DNA from: Callorhinchus milii
Lineage: Eukaryota
Assembly: GCF_018977255.1 (NCBI RefSeq)
Contig: NW_024704743.1
Span: forward strand, 49,354,001 to 49,418,000
DNA: 64,000 nucleotides
Reading direction: 5' to 3'
This document shows, one piece after another, positions 1 through 12,362 of this stretch (position 1 is the stretch's first letter; the number at the start of each line of letters is the position of its first letter). Made by a program: the position numbers and the translations under genes. The notes under the pieces were generated by a model, which was not told the DNA's origin, did not search any database, and saw nothing but the letters and a program-made list of their open reading frames with translations.

Positions 1-355
1 CCAGTTGATCACCAGGTCAAGGGGGTGGCCATGGTCGTGGGTGGGGGAGTGGATGAGGAGGGAAGGTTAAGGGAAGAGAGGAGGGAGGAGAAGTCAGCAG
101 AGGTAGAGCAGGAGGGGGTGAAGTGGAGGTTGAAGTCACCTAAGATAAGGAAGTGTTCAGAGCAGAGGGGGAGGGAAGATAGGAGGGTGGAGATGGCCGA
201 GAGGAAGGTGGGGGCAGGCTTGGGGGGATGGTAAACAAGGACGATTTTGAAGGAAAGCCTGGAGGGGTGCTAGAGGGTAAGGTGTTCAAAGGAGGGGAAG
301 GTTCCGAAGGAGTAAGGGCAAAGGTCGAGGGGGGACCGTGAGAAGACACAATCAG
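1..355 (-). mobile_element. LINE2 ORF2 endonuclease-region fragment
   Basis: C-rich minus strand encoding endonuclease-like motifs (VYHPP; LILGDFNLH), typical of L2/CR1-clade APE domains. Confidence 0.7.
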
Positions 356-1145
356 AAGAGTCTCAGTCTTCTCGAAGTTGAACTGGAGTTGAATTCCTAG
401 TTCTTATTGCATTTACAACTTGTGCTTTATGGTGGATAAATAACAATCTGAACTGGTAACATTAACAATTGCTTCATTCTATCACAGATCATATGCAAAG
501 TGATCAGCCTCTTATAATGTAATGATAAAGAACCATTTTACACTCAATACTCCGTGTACTCTACTTGTTTTAATTGAGAGACAAACTTGGCCCAGATCCA
601 TTCCCTGAGAGGATGGATAAACCATCTCCCCTAGATTTCTGCAATAAGACACACTTACCATTGAGTGACTGGTATATGACTTCTCCACCACTGCGCTCTT
701 AGAGTTTTGAAAGATCTCATCCACGCCATCAACTGGTTTGTTCTGACACTCGGGTCTCCAGACCTGGTGCTGTGTCCTTTGAATTTCATGAAGTTTTTAT
801 GTCTGACCTCGGTTTATTCTGAACCTTTGGTGGCAATATTTCAAGAAATACCATGTGCAGGGCAGCATAGTATGCTTGATCTCACTCATGACCAGTGAAG
901 CTCTTCAAAGGTGATAGTTTTTACTAGATAAATACAATGACTAACTAAAATATTTTAGGGATTTTTTTCTTACCGGAAGAGCTGTTCATCTCAGTCCCCT
1001 TTTCCCAAGCTACAGTAAGAAATCTGTAATGCACAGTTCATTGCGAAAAGCTTATAAACCCTGATTCTGTTTTAGTCTTGCTTTCCAAGGACTTTGTCAA
1101 TGTAAGACTTAAACGGTTATTCGATCCACTTGCTTACTTTTCCAG

Positions 1146-1317
1146 GACTATAAATATGAGGCACAGTCTTGTGCAGCAAACACGTGAAAGAGGAGATGAA
1201 GTCTTGTGTGTGGTTAATGAAAAGATTATCACAACCCAACAGTGCTTTATATCGGAGCACCTGCAGATTGCGGAAAAGTGTGGTGGCATGTTCGGACTCA
1301 AAATCAAAATGTTGAAG
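1146..1317 (+). CDS. GSDME: GSDME-like exon 4 equivalent (pore-forming N-terminal domain)
   Basis: Acceptor tttttccag|, donor aag|gtatgt; 172 bp. Encodes RTINMRHSLVQQTRERGDEVLCVVNEKIITTQQCFISEHLQIAEKCGGMFGLKIKMLK, similar to human RTINLRNPVLQQVLEGRNEVLCVLTQKITTMQKCVISEHMQVEEKCGG. Confidence 0.93.
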
Positions 1318-2051
1318 GTATGTATGCTGACTGATACGCATTTGTGTGTTTGCTTTGTGTTGTAAGACAAACTTAAAAAAATACACTTCATGCCTTTGTA
1401 ATGTGGACTTGGGAGCCAGCCCAATGGCACTGGACAATGAGTTGGGAGATTAACGTTAATAAGAGTCCTTTTTCAAATGCCTTGCAGTTTTTTTCTGCCG
1501 CTGTGCTTGTGTGTGTGTGTGTGTCGGCGAACTTGACATTATATGGGTATGGAAGCATTTTTACTGGATTGTTGCTTCAGTGGGCACAAAATATCATCAA
1601 GTGCATGGAATTTCTGGCTTCCCACCGCACAGGCAAAATAATAAGGCCACTTATTGTAAGAAGGTTGAGAATGTCTGAACCAGTGGGAATCTGATGGTGT
1701 TACTCCACTGCTCTTGCAAGTGGTGTATTGCATTTTGCCAATTAAAGCAGGCATCAGTATGACTTCTTAAAAATTGAATACACTGTGCCTGAGCAGTCAC
1801 ATCATTTCTTCTCTTAATATAGGAACAATGTTACACAAAATTTATGGATCACTTTTTTTCGTGGAAAAAAAGGCTTTTAAAATAAGACTGAATTGAACAA
1901 TTTTCCAAATTTTGCACAATCTTCAATTTATATTCTTATGATGTCCAAGACTTGTGAGATTATGGGACTCTGGAGTATTTGTCTAAATTTATAATGTGGG
2001 ATTCTTTCATAAGTTCTCTTTGACATGTCTCTAAGCAGCCTTCTTTTGTAG

Positions 2052-2165
2052 GTGTCAGCAAATAACGATGGGAGTTTATCAAAGGAAATTGTTTTGGAGA
2101 TCCCACCTCAAACTGTTATAGCATACAGTGTCAAAGAACTCATCTAAAAACTAATGGACAGTTTG
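2052..2165 (+). CDS. GSDME: GSDME-like exon 5 equivalent, with 1-nt deletion and in-frame TAA at 2145-2147
   Basis: Acceptor cttttgtag|, donor ttg|gtacgt. Reads VSANNDGSLSKEIVLEIPPQTVIAYSVKEL, then LKTNGQF continues in the -1 frame (human LEIPAATTIAYGVIELYVKLDGQF). Length is 114 bp, but 3n+1 is needed to join exon 6. Confidence 0.88.
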
Positions 2166-3343
2166 GTACGTATCAGCAATTCGGAGTATACTTTAAATGA
2201 TGATGATCTGATAATGAAAAGAGAAAGTTCATAAATTAACAATACTAACATTTTGCGTAGATGATTTTCTTTTTAACTGCACTTGGTTTAACATTAGAAT
2301 TAAGCAGTGAGTGAGTTAGTGCATTGTTTTTTGTATTTTGGACTGGGTTCAAATGTAGTTTAAATTGACTGGATTTAAAAGTCTCCAAGTTACCTCTCCT
2401 TGATGGCGTAGAGCATAGATAACTAAGATGTTAGTTAAGAAGGTATGCCAGTCAAGAATTATGATCATTACTAATAATATTACTACTACTACTAATAATA
2501 ATCCTTGCATTTAATCTAGCATAGGTAATTGCTGTTTTAGTGTGGTGACTGTGTAGGCAAATGCTGTAGTCAATTTACACACAGCAAGTTCCATAAATGG
2601 CCATTAAGTAAATCATCAGTTTTATCTGGAGATTTGTTGGTTAGGGTACTGTGAGAAAATCACTTCTCTTTTTGAATAGTGCCATGGGATATTTGTCATC
2701 CTCCTGAAACAGCAGATGGTACCTTGATTTAATGTTTCATCTGAAGCACAACAATTCTGACAATGCAGTACTCCCACAGCACTGAAATAAATTGTCCAAT
2801 CTAGATTGAGGGCTCAAAATCCCAATGTAGAGCTTGAAAACAACTGCTTGATCCACAGGTAAAATTGCTACCAACTGGGCTGAGCTGCTTGAGGCTTTGT
2901 AGATTATTTGAAAGCTGACATCACTGTCAGGATTTCTTCCTTTTGTAGGCTTCAAATATGGCTCTTTGGCTTTGTGTAGTATTGGGTAACTCTTCTGCTT
3001 TGTGGGTAATTACTTGCCTGCTTGCCTTTATAAAATTCTTTTAATACTACCCTGCATGAAATATATAATATAAATGCAAGTTGTGCTATGAAGGTTCTAT
3101 GAAGTCATGCTGAGTTGGGTTAGTCTATCTTCGGCTAAGTTTCAACATAGAGCCAAACCCCAGTGAATTAGTGATAAACCTGTGGTGTTATTTCTGGGCT
3201 TTGGGAAGTCGTATTTAGGCTGATTCTGACGATAATTGTTTTGTAACATGATTCATTAGAGGTTTAATTCTTTAATGGTTAGTTGTGTTGTGGTTAAGAT
3301 ATTTAGCATAGCTGTTAACATAAGTGTTTTGTGTTTGTGGCAG

Positions 3344-3535
3344 AATTGTGCCTGCTTTCAGACAAGTGTGGAGGCTTTGATAAAGCTGAATGGGATAAGG
3401 GGAAAGAAGCTTATGTTTCCACAGCATGTTCTGCTTTAGACTGTGTTGATGCTTCAACACAGAAGCATGGAAGCCGGCACCATACAGATGAGAAGAATGT
3501 TTGCAGTGAAACATCACTGAGTGCTTTAAAACAAG
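3344..3535 (+). CDS. GSDME: GSDME-like exon 6 equivalent (interdomain linker with DCVD caspase site)
   Basis: Acceptor tgtggcag|, donor aag|gtaagt; phase 1-1. Encodes ELCLLSDKCGGFDK...ALDCVDAS...SLSALKQ (human EFCLLRGKQGGFE...DMPDA...LSVLKQ). Confidence 0.9.
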
Positions 3536-4842
3536 GTAAGTTTATGAATTTATTGGTGCCATTGCAAAGAATGCTCTCACGATTCCAACATTCATGAGAT
3601 TCAAGCTATCTCTTTTATTGTTTTACTTTTAATTGTCATGTTTTCCGCTCCAGTTTTCTCTCCTCCACATTTTCCTGGAAGCAACCTGCCAACATTTTTT
3701 TTGCCCTTCTATTGGGGTATGGTTCCACAGGTGCTGCTTGCCTTCATGGGTATTATTCCTGTGTACCTGTGTGCCTGATCCTATGATGTCATACATAGTT
3801 GGGTTAGTCTATCTTTTATCCTTTATATTTCGCCCACAAATCTACAGTCAATTCACTTTACAACGTCTAGAAGTGAAAAGCGCTATATCAAATGCAAGGA
3901 TTATTATATTATATATCCTTCCCGCATCTGTATCCACACATATGCACATGGGAGCAAGGTGAGTCACACTGCCTGTGATACAGAGGAGGATTATCTTTAA
4001 TGTTTATACCAAGAGGATAAAAGTTTTACTTTGTGGTATTTATTGCTGGTAGACATCAACCTCTTAAATAAACTGGCAAAGTGTCACTGAGAGAACATTG
4101 TGCTTAGAGAATTATTCGGTTGGCAGCGTTTAAGTTATTTTCATGAAAGTGTTTTCTTGTACTCATTACATATTTAAGGATACTTTTTGACTGAGATTAT
4201 TAATATTACAGTGCGTCTCATTTTAATTCATTCTTTCCCAAGATCTCAAGACTGAGGCACTCCACCATACTTCCCAGTCTACCCTTTCTCATTACAGACC
4301 TTTAAACTTAACCTTGTGCTGTCACCTAATCACTACATCTCAGTTTACCTGTTGATCTTGTCAACCGTGTCCTGCACTATGGGTCTCAAATGTTTCATCT
4401 CGGTTCTCAATTTTTTAAAATTTCCAGGTTGCTTATACTTGGGATTCCTGGAATTCAGTTTTGAACAAACATCAATGAAGTAAGAAGTGGTTAACACAAC
4501 TTTTGGGATGTCCAATTTACTGCCTATATTTTGGCATGAATATTAAATGTATAAAAGATCCAAAGTGGGGCTAGTCATTTTGGTGATGAAGGGGGAAAGG
4601 GAGTTTAGGTTTGGGTTTAGTCCATTTATTCAATATGTGAATATGATCTCTAATGTGTGAGCTTTCTGAATATGGTCCCACCTTATGATATCAGATTCTA
4701 ATGTTCAAGGTCTGCTGAGAAATAGTTTAAATGTCTGACAATAACTGAGATAAGCTCTGCATGTGCTGTGATTGTAGAACTTAATGTTTAATTGCCACGG
4801 AACGTGTCCTCAACTCAGATTTGTATTTATAATACTTTTCAG

Positions 4843-4970
4843 ATATCGAAGAAGCTAAGCAACAACTCCAGCCATTTGAAGCTCTTTCAGAAGGAAAATG
4901 CCAGCAGTTGTTTAGACTGTACAGTGAACTCTTATATCAGGGTGAAGCGATTTGCCTTCTTGAAACTATT
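4843..4970 (+). CDS. GSDME: GSDME-like exon 7 equivalent (C-terminal autoinhibitory domain)
   Basis: Acceptor cttttcag|, donor att|gtaagc; 128 bp, phase 1-0. Encodes DIEEAKQQLQPFEALSEGKCQQLFRLYSELLYQGEAICLLETI, a different frame from the ORF-track entry. Confidence 0.88.
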
Positions 4971-5527
4971 GTAAGCCAATTTTCTGGAACCATAGACATC
5001 AAGAATGAACTGTACATGCTTTTTATAAACTTTTGTTGTCTCAGCTGAGTGTGTGACACACATGGAAACCCATTTTCATGCTTAATCTGTGAAGCGCTTT
5101 GAGACATCTTGAAGATGTGATAAGGTGCTATATCAAATGCAAGGATTATTAAGAGTTTCCAAACCCAACTCCTGAATGTTCCACATATCCATGGAAATTT
5201 CCATTCATCTGAATGGAATAGACACTCTCTTCCCAGAGGGATGCAACCTGTTTACCTAATCCCAGAAACTATATTCACATTGCTATGGGATTACTGCTGT
5301 GCATCTCTGTGGAAACAGAACCACGCATCCAGCTGAGCACTAAATGATCTCAGCAGATACTTTCAGTGATGGCAGATTTCAGGTGTCATTCTGACAGGAT
5401 CAGTCTGCTTAGTGAGCACAAACTCCCAGCACAAAACAACGCCTTCTCCTATGATTCACTGAAGCTGGATACAAACAATGATAGGATATTTCTGCCTCAT
5501 TGACTCAACAGAGCTGATTTGCACCTG

Positions 5528-5528
<1 letters not shown>

Positions 5529-5557
<29 letters not shown>
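5529..5557. repeat. (TA)n microsatellite
   Basis: Direct reading. Confidence 0.95.
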
Positions 5558-5560
<3 letters not shown>

Positions 5561-6469
5561 GGCATTCACCGAGAATCTGAATTTGAAAGTAAATTAACTT
5601 GTTAAATGATTTGTCCTGTTACTGAGCAGACAAGTCGCACAGCAACAGGTAATCCATCACTAAACCAAACTAAACTTATCCTCTTTGGAACTGTTCTGGC
5701 TCCAAAGTGATGTGCTTGGTAATGGAATGTCAGGATTGAGTAAACCTTCTGTGGTGGTGTCAGTAGTCTGGTTTCTAGGATGGGGCCTTATTTGTAAGTG
5801 GAAGTTGAATGAATGTTAGATTATATTGGAAGGGGAGTTTTTTGGGGGAGGAGATCTACATAGAGAAGGTCATCCTCAATGTATAGTTCTTCTTTCTAAC
5901 CTGTCTCGCACTCCGCTCTTGTGAAGCTTGGCACTGCTTATTGATAACTGTATTGATAATTATTTCTTGGTCTCTCAAAGCTTGTTCCGCTGATTAAAGA
6001 ATGAACGGTGTAGTCCAAAGTGAAGCTTGTGTGTGTTACCTGAGTGAGAGAAGTCTCCTTATCAAAGTCTAGGTGACTCAAATGTCTCTGTGACTTTCTC
6101 CATTGGGATGCTAGAAGTTCCTATTTGCATGTAGATTGATTTAAAGTGAGCAACACTATTAGGTAAAATAAATACCTAATTAGGTCTAAATTTACTCTGT
6201 TAACATAGCATTTCAGAGCGTAAAGAATTTAGTCAAATGATTGAATTCAGTTTTAATTTTGAAGCCTGTTTTGTGCAGGTCTTTAAAAAAAACTACTGAA
6301 AACTGACTTCAAACTTTAAAAATCAAATTTAAGAATTTTCCAATTCCTGTACATTCTAGAGTAAATCTATACCCAGGTGAAATTTCCACCCGCATGTATC
6401 ATAGGTAATCAACATTGCTCCTATTTAATACTGCCTATAGGATCAACAATTTTGTTGTTTGTTTTGCAG

Positions 6470-6665
6470 CTAAATGAGCTTTCTTTGGGTGAGCAGCCAA
6501 ATCTGTCGGGATTACATGAGCTGGAACCAACTCAGGTGCAAAATGTCAAGGAGCTGCTGCAGTTTCTGGGTTACAGCACAGACAAAGAGCACCTGAAAAA
6601 AACCAAAGAGATTGCAACACAGGAGCTATTTACAACTGTGTTCTATTTTATCAGTGCTTTAGATG
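6470..6665 (+). CDS. GSDME: GSDME-like exon 8 equivalent
   Basis: Acceptor gttttgcag|, donor atg|gtaagt. Encodes LNELSLGEQPNLSGLHELEPTQVQNVKELLQFLGYS...ELFTTVFYFISALD (human ELKPRQQQDLVAFLQLVGCS...LFMTAYFLVSALA). Confidence 0.92.
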
Positions 6666-7536
6666 GTAAGTAAAAAAAAACCTGAAGCCTGGACATTTTT
6701 ATCAAATATTAATCTCTAGGAAATTAGTAGCAAACAATTGTGCGATCTCTGAATGGAAGAAAGAGCTTATATTTTTATAGTTTCTTGCCACATTGAATTT
6801 TACGAAGCACTTTGCAAGTAATTGCTCTCAAGTATAGTAATTGTTTCTGTAGACAATGTTTGCACTGGCAAGGTCTCACAAACAGCTATAAGGTGAAGGA
6901 GGGTTAATAGCCTGAGAAACACCATTTAATTACCAATTGTGCTGTGAAATCTTTAATGTTCACCTGAAAAATAGGCAGACACGATTTTTGTTTATGTTTG
7001 TCTTGTTTAATTACAAAGACTGTAATGAGGGAGAAGTGCATTGTTAGAGCCAGCCTAGACTATAAGCTCAAGGCCCAGGGGGCTTGAACCCACAATCTTC
7101 TATCCCAGAGATGAGAGTCGTACCTAGTAAGACAAACTGAAATCTAATTGTTTCAAAGAACATTGAGGTGATGTAAGGAATGACTGTCCAAATTAATCAC
7201 TAATGTAGACTTTGTTGAATTATATTTGTTCGTCTTAAGCTCTTTAGTTAAATACTTTTGAATAGATATTTTTAAATTAATTTTGGTAAGAACTAAATTA
7301 CATTTCATTGAATTGTTTTAAACATAGTTAAAATGATCAATTATCAATTTAGTTTGCAGCTAAATTAGTTTCTTTTCTCCAGATTATTCCTGGGGCAGTC
7401 TTAAGAACAGCAATGCATTGCAAGATCCTTGTCTGGACACAGATTTGGTTTTATTATAAATACATTGAGCTTTGAAACTTGTTTTTTAAACTACAACTGA
7501 AACATTATATAATAAACAAACCGTTTACTTGTTTAG

Positions 7537-7610
7537 ATATGTCTGACGCGTGTCGTACAGTCTTGGGTATTTGCTGTGAAATGCAAGTCATTCCTACACT
7601 ATGGCATTTG
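7537..7610 (+). CDS. GSDME: GSDME-like exon 9 equivalent
   Basis: Acceptor cttgtttag|, donor ttg|gtaagt; 74 bp. Encodes DMSDACRTVLGICCEMQVIPTLWHL (human EMPDSAAALLGTCCKLQIIPTLCHL). Confidence 0.93.
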
Positions 7611-7621
7611 GTAAGTTTAGA

Positions 7622-8050
7622 TAAATAATAATCCTTGCATTGGCACAGTGCCTTTCACATCAGGAGAATATTTCAAAGCACTTCATAGGAGGTTGCTATA
7701 AAGTGTAGTGACTGTGTATTTTGTGAGTGAATCCAGCAGTCAATTTGCACACATCAATGTCCCATGACGGTCATGAAGTGAATGACTGATTTTATCTGGG
7801 GGAAATTGTTGGCTAGGATACTGGGGGATATTTTCTTCACTTTTTGAATAGTGCCATGAGATATTTAACATCTACCTGAATAGGCAGTCAGAATGTCGGT
7901 TTAATATCTCATCTGAAGGACGGCACCTCTAACAATTCAATGAGCTGCCAGTCAACAATTGTGTGAGTTCAAAGTCCCCGTATAGAGCTTGAAGCCACAA
8001 CCTTCTGACGCAGAGATGAGAGTGCTACAAACCTAAACTAAGTCAGGCTA
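7622..8050 (-). mobile_element. Older Deu-domain SINE (SacSINE/AmnSINE-like)
   Basis: gaatagtgccatgagatatttaacatctacctga...ggtttaatatctcatctgaaggacggcacctc...acaaccttctgacgcagagatgagagtgc. Related decayed copies at ~2490-2885, 6765-7140, 45863-45985(+), 54060-54420, 54597-54830(+), 55915-56240(+), 56250-56595, 63040-63260. Confidence 0.8.
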
Positions 8051-8678
8051 ATACTTAATAGGAAAAGACTCAATTATCAGCTCATCAGAACTTTAGGGCC
8101 GGTCATTTTCTAAACTGCCTTATTCTCAGTTGGGCTGCAAGGTAAGGTGGAAAATGAGAAAATATATCACTGTACCAAAGTCAAACTATTCTTTGACCAA
8201 GAACACATGAAGCATCAATTGTGGAATTCGTATTTGTCAAAGAGCTATCTGAAATCCAGATGTAAAACATCATAATGAAATCTAACAACACGACTACTGG
8301 AGCATTGGCCACACCTATTGCCAGGGTTATTAGGGGATAAGTGGAAGGAATCTTGTAGTTGTAGGAGTGGGCTAGCTGGGCTAGTGTCTACTTCTGCCAG
8401 AAATTTACTACAATATGTTGGAATATATCTACGATTCAGAAGGGATCACAGTCAAACCTCAATAATGTTTGCCTCATAGTCAAACCTTATGGCATTCATC
8501 GTGAATTAGAAATAACTAAGATGTTACCCCATTTGATCTCATGCTTCCAGAATACCCATTCCATCATCTTCTTGTTACATCGTCATTCACTGCCCTTTCA
8601 GGAGAGGAACAAAGAAAATTGAGAGGCTTCAACTATTACTTGATTAAACAGAATAACTATGTATTGTCATCCTTTTAG

Positions 8679-8912
8679 ATAAATAACCTCTCTGATGATG
8701 GAACACTTCCCATCGACAGCCCAGGTTTGTTCATGTTGAAAGAAGAGAACAAATTCTACACAGCCCAGCGACTGTTTGGTTTATCACACATGCAGCTCGA
8801 GAGGGAAAAGTCTTCTATCAAAGTGATGACTAGGAAACAGCCTGGAGTTCTTCCATTAATTCTCTGCATAGCTCTGCATGGGTTTGCAGGCCTAATGGGA
8901 TTAAATCAATAG
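8679..8912 (+). CDS. GSDME: GSDME-like last coding exon (exon 10 equivalent)
   Basis: Acceptor ccttttag|. Encodes INNLSDDGTLPIDSPGLFMLKEENKFYTAQRLFGLSHMQLEREKSSIKVMTRKQPGVLPLILCIALHGFAGLMGLNQ*, similar to human ALSDDG...QRLFASADISLERLKSSVK...FPLLLCITLNGLCALG. Confidence 0.93.
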   Translation: MNNLSDDGTLPIDSPGLFMLKEENKFYTAQRLFGLSHMQLEREKSSIKVMTRKQPGVLPLILCIALHGFAGLMGLNQ

Positions 8913-9017
8913 TGCAATTCTGTCTCTCTCAAATCTATAATGTACACAATATCAGTCTTAAATGGAGTGTTTTTTAAAAAAAATTCAAAATGGTTGTGTT
9001 CATCAGTATTTCAGTAG

Positions 9018-9023
9018 AATAAA
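9018..9023 (+). terminator. Candidate poly(A) signal of the GSDME-like gene
   Basis: First AATAAA after the stop codon, ~105 nt downstream. Confidence 0.45.
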
Positions 9024-9675
9024 GATACTTGGGAGACAATTCACATCCCGCAAATGACTGACTCCCAAATAATAGCCGTGCAGTATTCATGAATTAATTC
9101 CAATTTAGCATCATAAGTAACATATAAACTGTTCCAAGTATCTTCATAATGTTGTATGTTTGTCCGTTAAATTACAGGGAAAAAAACATGTGATTTTTAT
9201 CCAGAATGTTATTAGCGATCGATTAGTTGTAATATGGAATTGTGCCGATTGAGAATTGGAACTAGTTATTAGATGGAGGCACTGTAAATGCAATTGAATT
9301 AGTATGTGAAATGGATTTGGAATGTTATAATGTTCTCTTAAAATGAATTAGCTAAAATGTTTTAACTAAAATATGATAACATAAAACACATAGAGGCGAG
9401 TACAATCATGGTGTGATTTGAATGATGGCTTTTTATGGTGCCGCGATGTATGCGATAGAGACTCCGCCCGGGATGGAGAAAGGAGATGAGAGAGCAGGGA
9501 CGGTTCGTGCCTACAGCGTGAGCCAAGAGGCTGGGAGAGGACCTGGCAATGCACATGCACTGCTTTGTGGTGGGAAGGTCTTCGGATGAAAAGTAAGTTA
9601 ATGTTTGAAATTTCCTTCCCTCATGTCCCTTCATTTAGTAATACTTGTACAGCAAAAGAAGAACGGATCTATTTT

Positions 9676-10017
9676 GGAGTTCTGAAGCTCAGTGGTCAGA
9701 GCATTTGCCTCGCAATCAAGGACCTGGGTTTGATTCCTGGGCAGGGAGAGTTTCAGCAAGTTTCTTTACTCCACAAGGTTCTGTTTACCTAGCAGTAAGT
9801 AGAAACTCTGTTGTTAGTCGATTCGCGGATCACTGAGGCTAATAATCCCTTAAAAAATACTGTACAATAAAATTTTAAAAAATTGGTCACTCAATCCATG
9901 ACTTTTTGTGGGACACTGCTGTGCGCAATTGGCTGCCACATTTCACCCACGGTTCACTTTACAGTATATGACTTGAAGACATGATAAAGCGTTATATCAC
10001 ATGCAAGGATTATTATC
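9676..10017 (+). mobile_element. tRNA-derived SINE, long variant, with LINE2-type tail
   Basis: A box gctcagtggtcagagc, B-box-like gggtttgattcc, Deu-like core tgtgggacactgctgtgcgcaattggctgcc, tail tgcaaggattatt. Confidence 0.85.
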
Positions 10018-10020
10018 CTT

Positions 10021-10980
10021 GCCAACTCTATCTCTCTGCCTCCACCCTCGACCACAGGACCACTGATGTCCTGACAGACTGCCTGTCAGACATCAACTCC
10101 TGGGTGAAAGTCAACTTTGTACAGTTGAATGTCAGCAAAACTGAGGCCTTCCTGATTGGCTCCCATCAGCGCCTCCGCACCTCAGGCATTGGCAGCATCA
10201 ACATCCAAGGTTACACACTTTAACTCACTAAGCCAGTCAGCAACCTAGGTGTCTTATTTGACTCTCTCCCACATCCGTGCCATGGCCCGCTTTGCCTCCC
10301 CCACCTCCGCAACATTGCCCGACTCCGCCACTGCCCCACCCCTCAGGCCACCGAAACCCTCAAATATGCCTTCATCACAACCAGGCTCGACTATGCCAAT
10401 GCCCTGCTTGTCGGCCTTCCCAACTCTTCCCTCCACAAGATGCAGATCATTCAGAACTTTGCAGCTCATGCCCTCTCCTGCACCAGGCTCCGTGACCTCA
10501 TCACACCCACCCTCGTCTGGCTCTACTGGCTCCCCATCCCTCAGAGAATCGAGTTCAAAATCCTTGTCCTCGCCTTCAAGGCCCTCCATGGCCTTGCCCA
10601 CTCCTACCTCTCCGACCTGCTAACCACTTATCAACCTGTCTGCTACTTCCACTCAGCAAGCTGTTCCATGTTCCCGCCTGCCCTGCTCCACCATTAGCGG
10701 TCGGGTCTTCAGCCTCTCTGCACCCAACCTTTGGAACTCCATCCCACATTCCCTTCACCTCGCTCCCTCCCTTGCTTCCTTCAGGGTACGACACAAGACC
10801 CTCCTCTTCGACCGTGCCTTCAGCCATCCTCCTACCCTCCCAACCTCCACCCTCCCTGATCCCAATTCCCCAACTTACCCACCCACCCCACTAGGGTCCT
10901 AATCCCTGACTGTTCAACCCTTTGTGATGTCCTCCCAACGCGAAAGACACTTTATAAATATAATTTTGTATTGTATTATT
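10021..10980 (+). mobile_element. 5'-truncated, degenerate LINE2 (RT C-terminus plus 3' tail)
   Basis: Frameshifted QLYLS...LQLNVSKTE...SRLDYANALL...HWLPIPQRIEFKIL motifs and L2 3' tail. Confidence 0.9.
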
Positions 10981-11118
10981 ATGGATTCTTCTTTTACTGT
11001 ATAAGTATTTATGTTAGTACCTCTCTGTACAGAGAGCGTCAGGAAGAGAGTGAGAGCAGTCTAACTGTGGACACAAGGTGCAACCTCTCACATTGCAGAG
11101 GAGCCAATCGCACAATTT

Positions 11119-11437
11119 AATAATAATAATAATCCTTGCATTTTGATATAGCGCTTTTCACGTTGGGAGGACGTCCCAAAGCGCTTCACAGAACACACTG
11201 TAAAGTGAATTGACTGTATATTTGTGGGCGAACGCGGCAGCCAATTGCGCACAGCAGTGTCCCACAAACAGTCATGGATTGAAAATGACCAATTTATTAT
11301 TGTTTTGTTTTTTGGAGGGATTATTATTAGGCATGTGGAGTAAGGAAACTTGCCCAAGGTTTCACCCTCTGCCTGGAATTGAACTCAGGTCTCTCACTTC
11401 CAAAGCGAGTGCTCTAACCACTGAGCTACAGGACTCC
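11119..11437 (-). mobile_element. tRNA-derived SINE, short young variant
   Basis: Full length: head GGAGTCCTGTAGCTCAGTGGTTAGAGC...GAGTTCAATTCC, Deu-like core, L2 tail, (TTA)n. Confidence 0.92.
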
Positions 11438-11939
11438 ACAATTTGATTGCTTCCAACAAGATCCCAAAAGCAACAGGTCTCTAGACCTTGAACAGTGTAC
11501 ATTTCTGCATTTGCGTAGTACTGTATATGTAAAACACAAAACATTTTTAAATTCAACATTGCAGTATTTTAGAAACATTTGCAACTGCTACTAATAGTTT
11601 ACAGTTTATAAATCACTAGTTTGCTCCTGAACCAGAAACTGGTTTATCAGTTACTAACGGAAGGGTATTTAAGCTATAAATGTAAAACTTAATAAAATTC
11701 TTAATCTAATATTTTATTTAGAAGCTGTTATGTGAAAATCTTTTCAGCCTAAGTAAATTAATTCAGCACATCTCTTGCTAACATCAACAGAGCTGCTGTG
11801 TGTCCTCCCTGTAATGTACGGCAGTGAAGTGTTGCAGTGCAGGAGGGAGGATCTAGGCATAATGTGACAGTGGACTGAGTCACAGCACCACATGAGATCC
11901 TTCCCTTACAAACTGCAGGGAGCAGCCATGTCCCTCACA

Positions 11940-12102
11940 ACAACAACAACATGATTGCATTTATAGAGCGCCATTCACGTCGGAAGGACGTCCCAAGGCG
12001 CTGGACAGTTGGGTCGGGACCCGAGCAAGGGGGAAATGGTCAGGGTGATGGGAGGGAAGGGAGGGAGCGAGGAGGGGGTAGAGAGTCGAGAGGGGAGCTG
12101 AA
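11940..12102 (-). mobile_element. LINE2 3' end, same young subfamily as 20953-21763
   Basis: Near-identical reverse complement of 21600-21763, ending in (TTG)n. Confidence 0.85.
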
Positions 12103-12111
12103 GCAAGCAAG

Positions 12112-12362
12112 AGAGCACTCGCCTCACAAGCGAGAGACCTGGGTTCAATTCCTGACAGGGCAAAACTTTGGGCAAGTTTCCTTACTCCACACACCTGATA
12201 ATAATCCCTAAAAAAAATTAATAAATTGGTCACTTGAATCCACAACTGTTTGTCACGACTGTTGACCCACAAATATACAGGCAATTTACTTTACAGTGTA
12301 TTCTGTGAAGCGCTTTGAGACGTTTAGAAGACGTGAAAAGCGCTACATCAAATGCAAGTATT
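12112..12362 (+). mobile_element. SINE, partial
   Basis: gagcactcgcctcacaagcgagagacctgggttcaattcc...gtgaagcgctttgagacg...aatgcaag. Confidence 0.85.

Larger units (their letters stand above)
1146..8912 (+). other. GSDME: Gasdermin-E-like gene, 3' part (7 coding exons; upstream exons lie before the window); one frameshift in exon 5 as assembled
   Basis: Seven GT-AG exons whose translations align colinearly with human GSDME exons 4-10 (recalled). Splice phases are mutually compatible except at exon 5. Orthologue versus paralogue is not resolved. Confidence 0.93.

Noticed and set aside
500..900. Possible GSDME exon 3
   Set aside because: No matching peptide; the minus strand resembles a decayed CR1 3' region.
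2139..2152. Programmed -1 ribosomal frameshift rescuing GSDME exon 5
   Set aside because: No slippery heptamer precedes the stop; the A-run overlaps and follows the TAA.
9430..9560. CpG-rich patch after the GSDME-like 3' end as an ncRNA or promoter
   Set aside because: Short, with no recognisable structure; could be a LINE 5' remnant, so no call can be supported.
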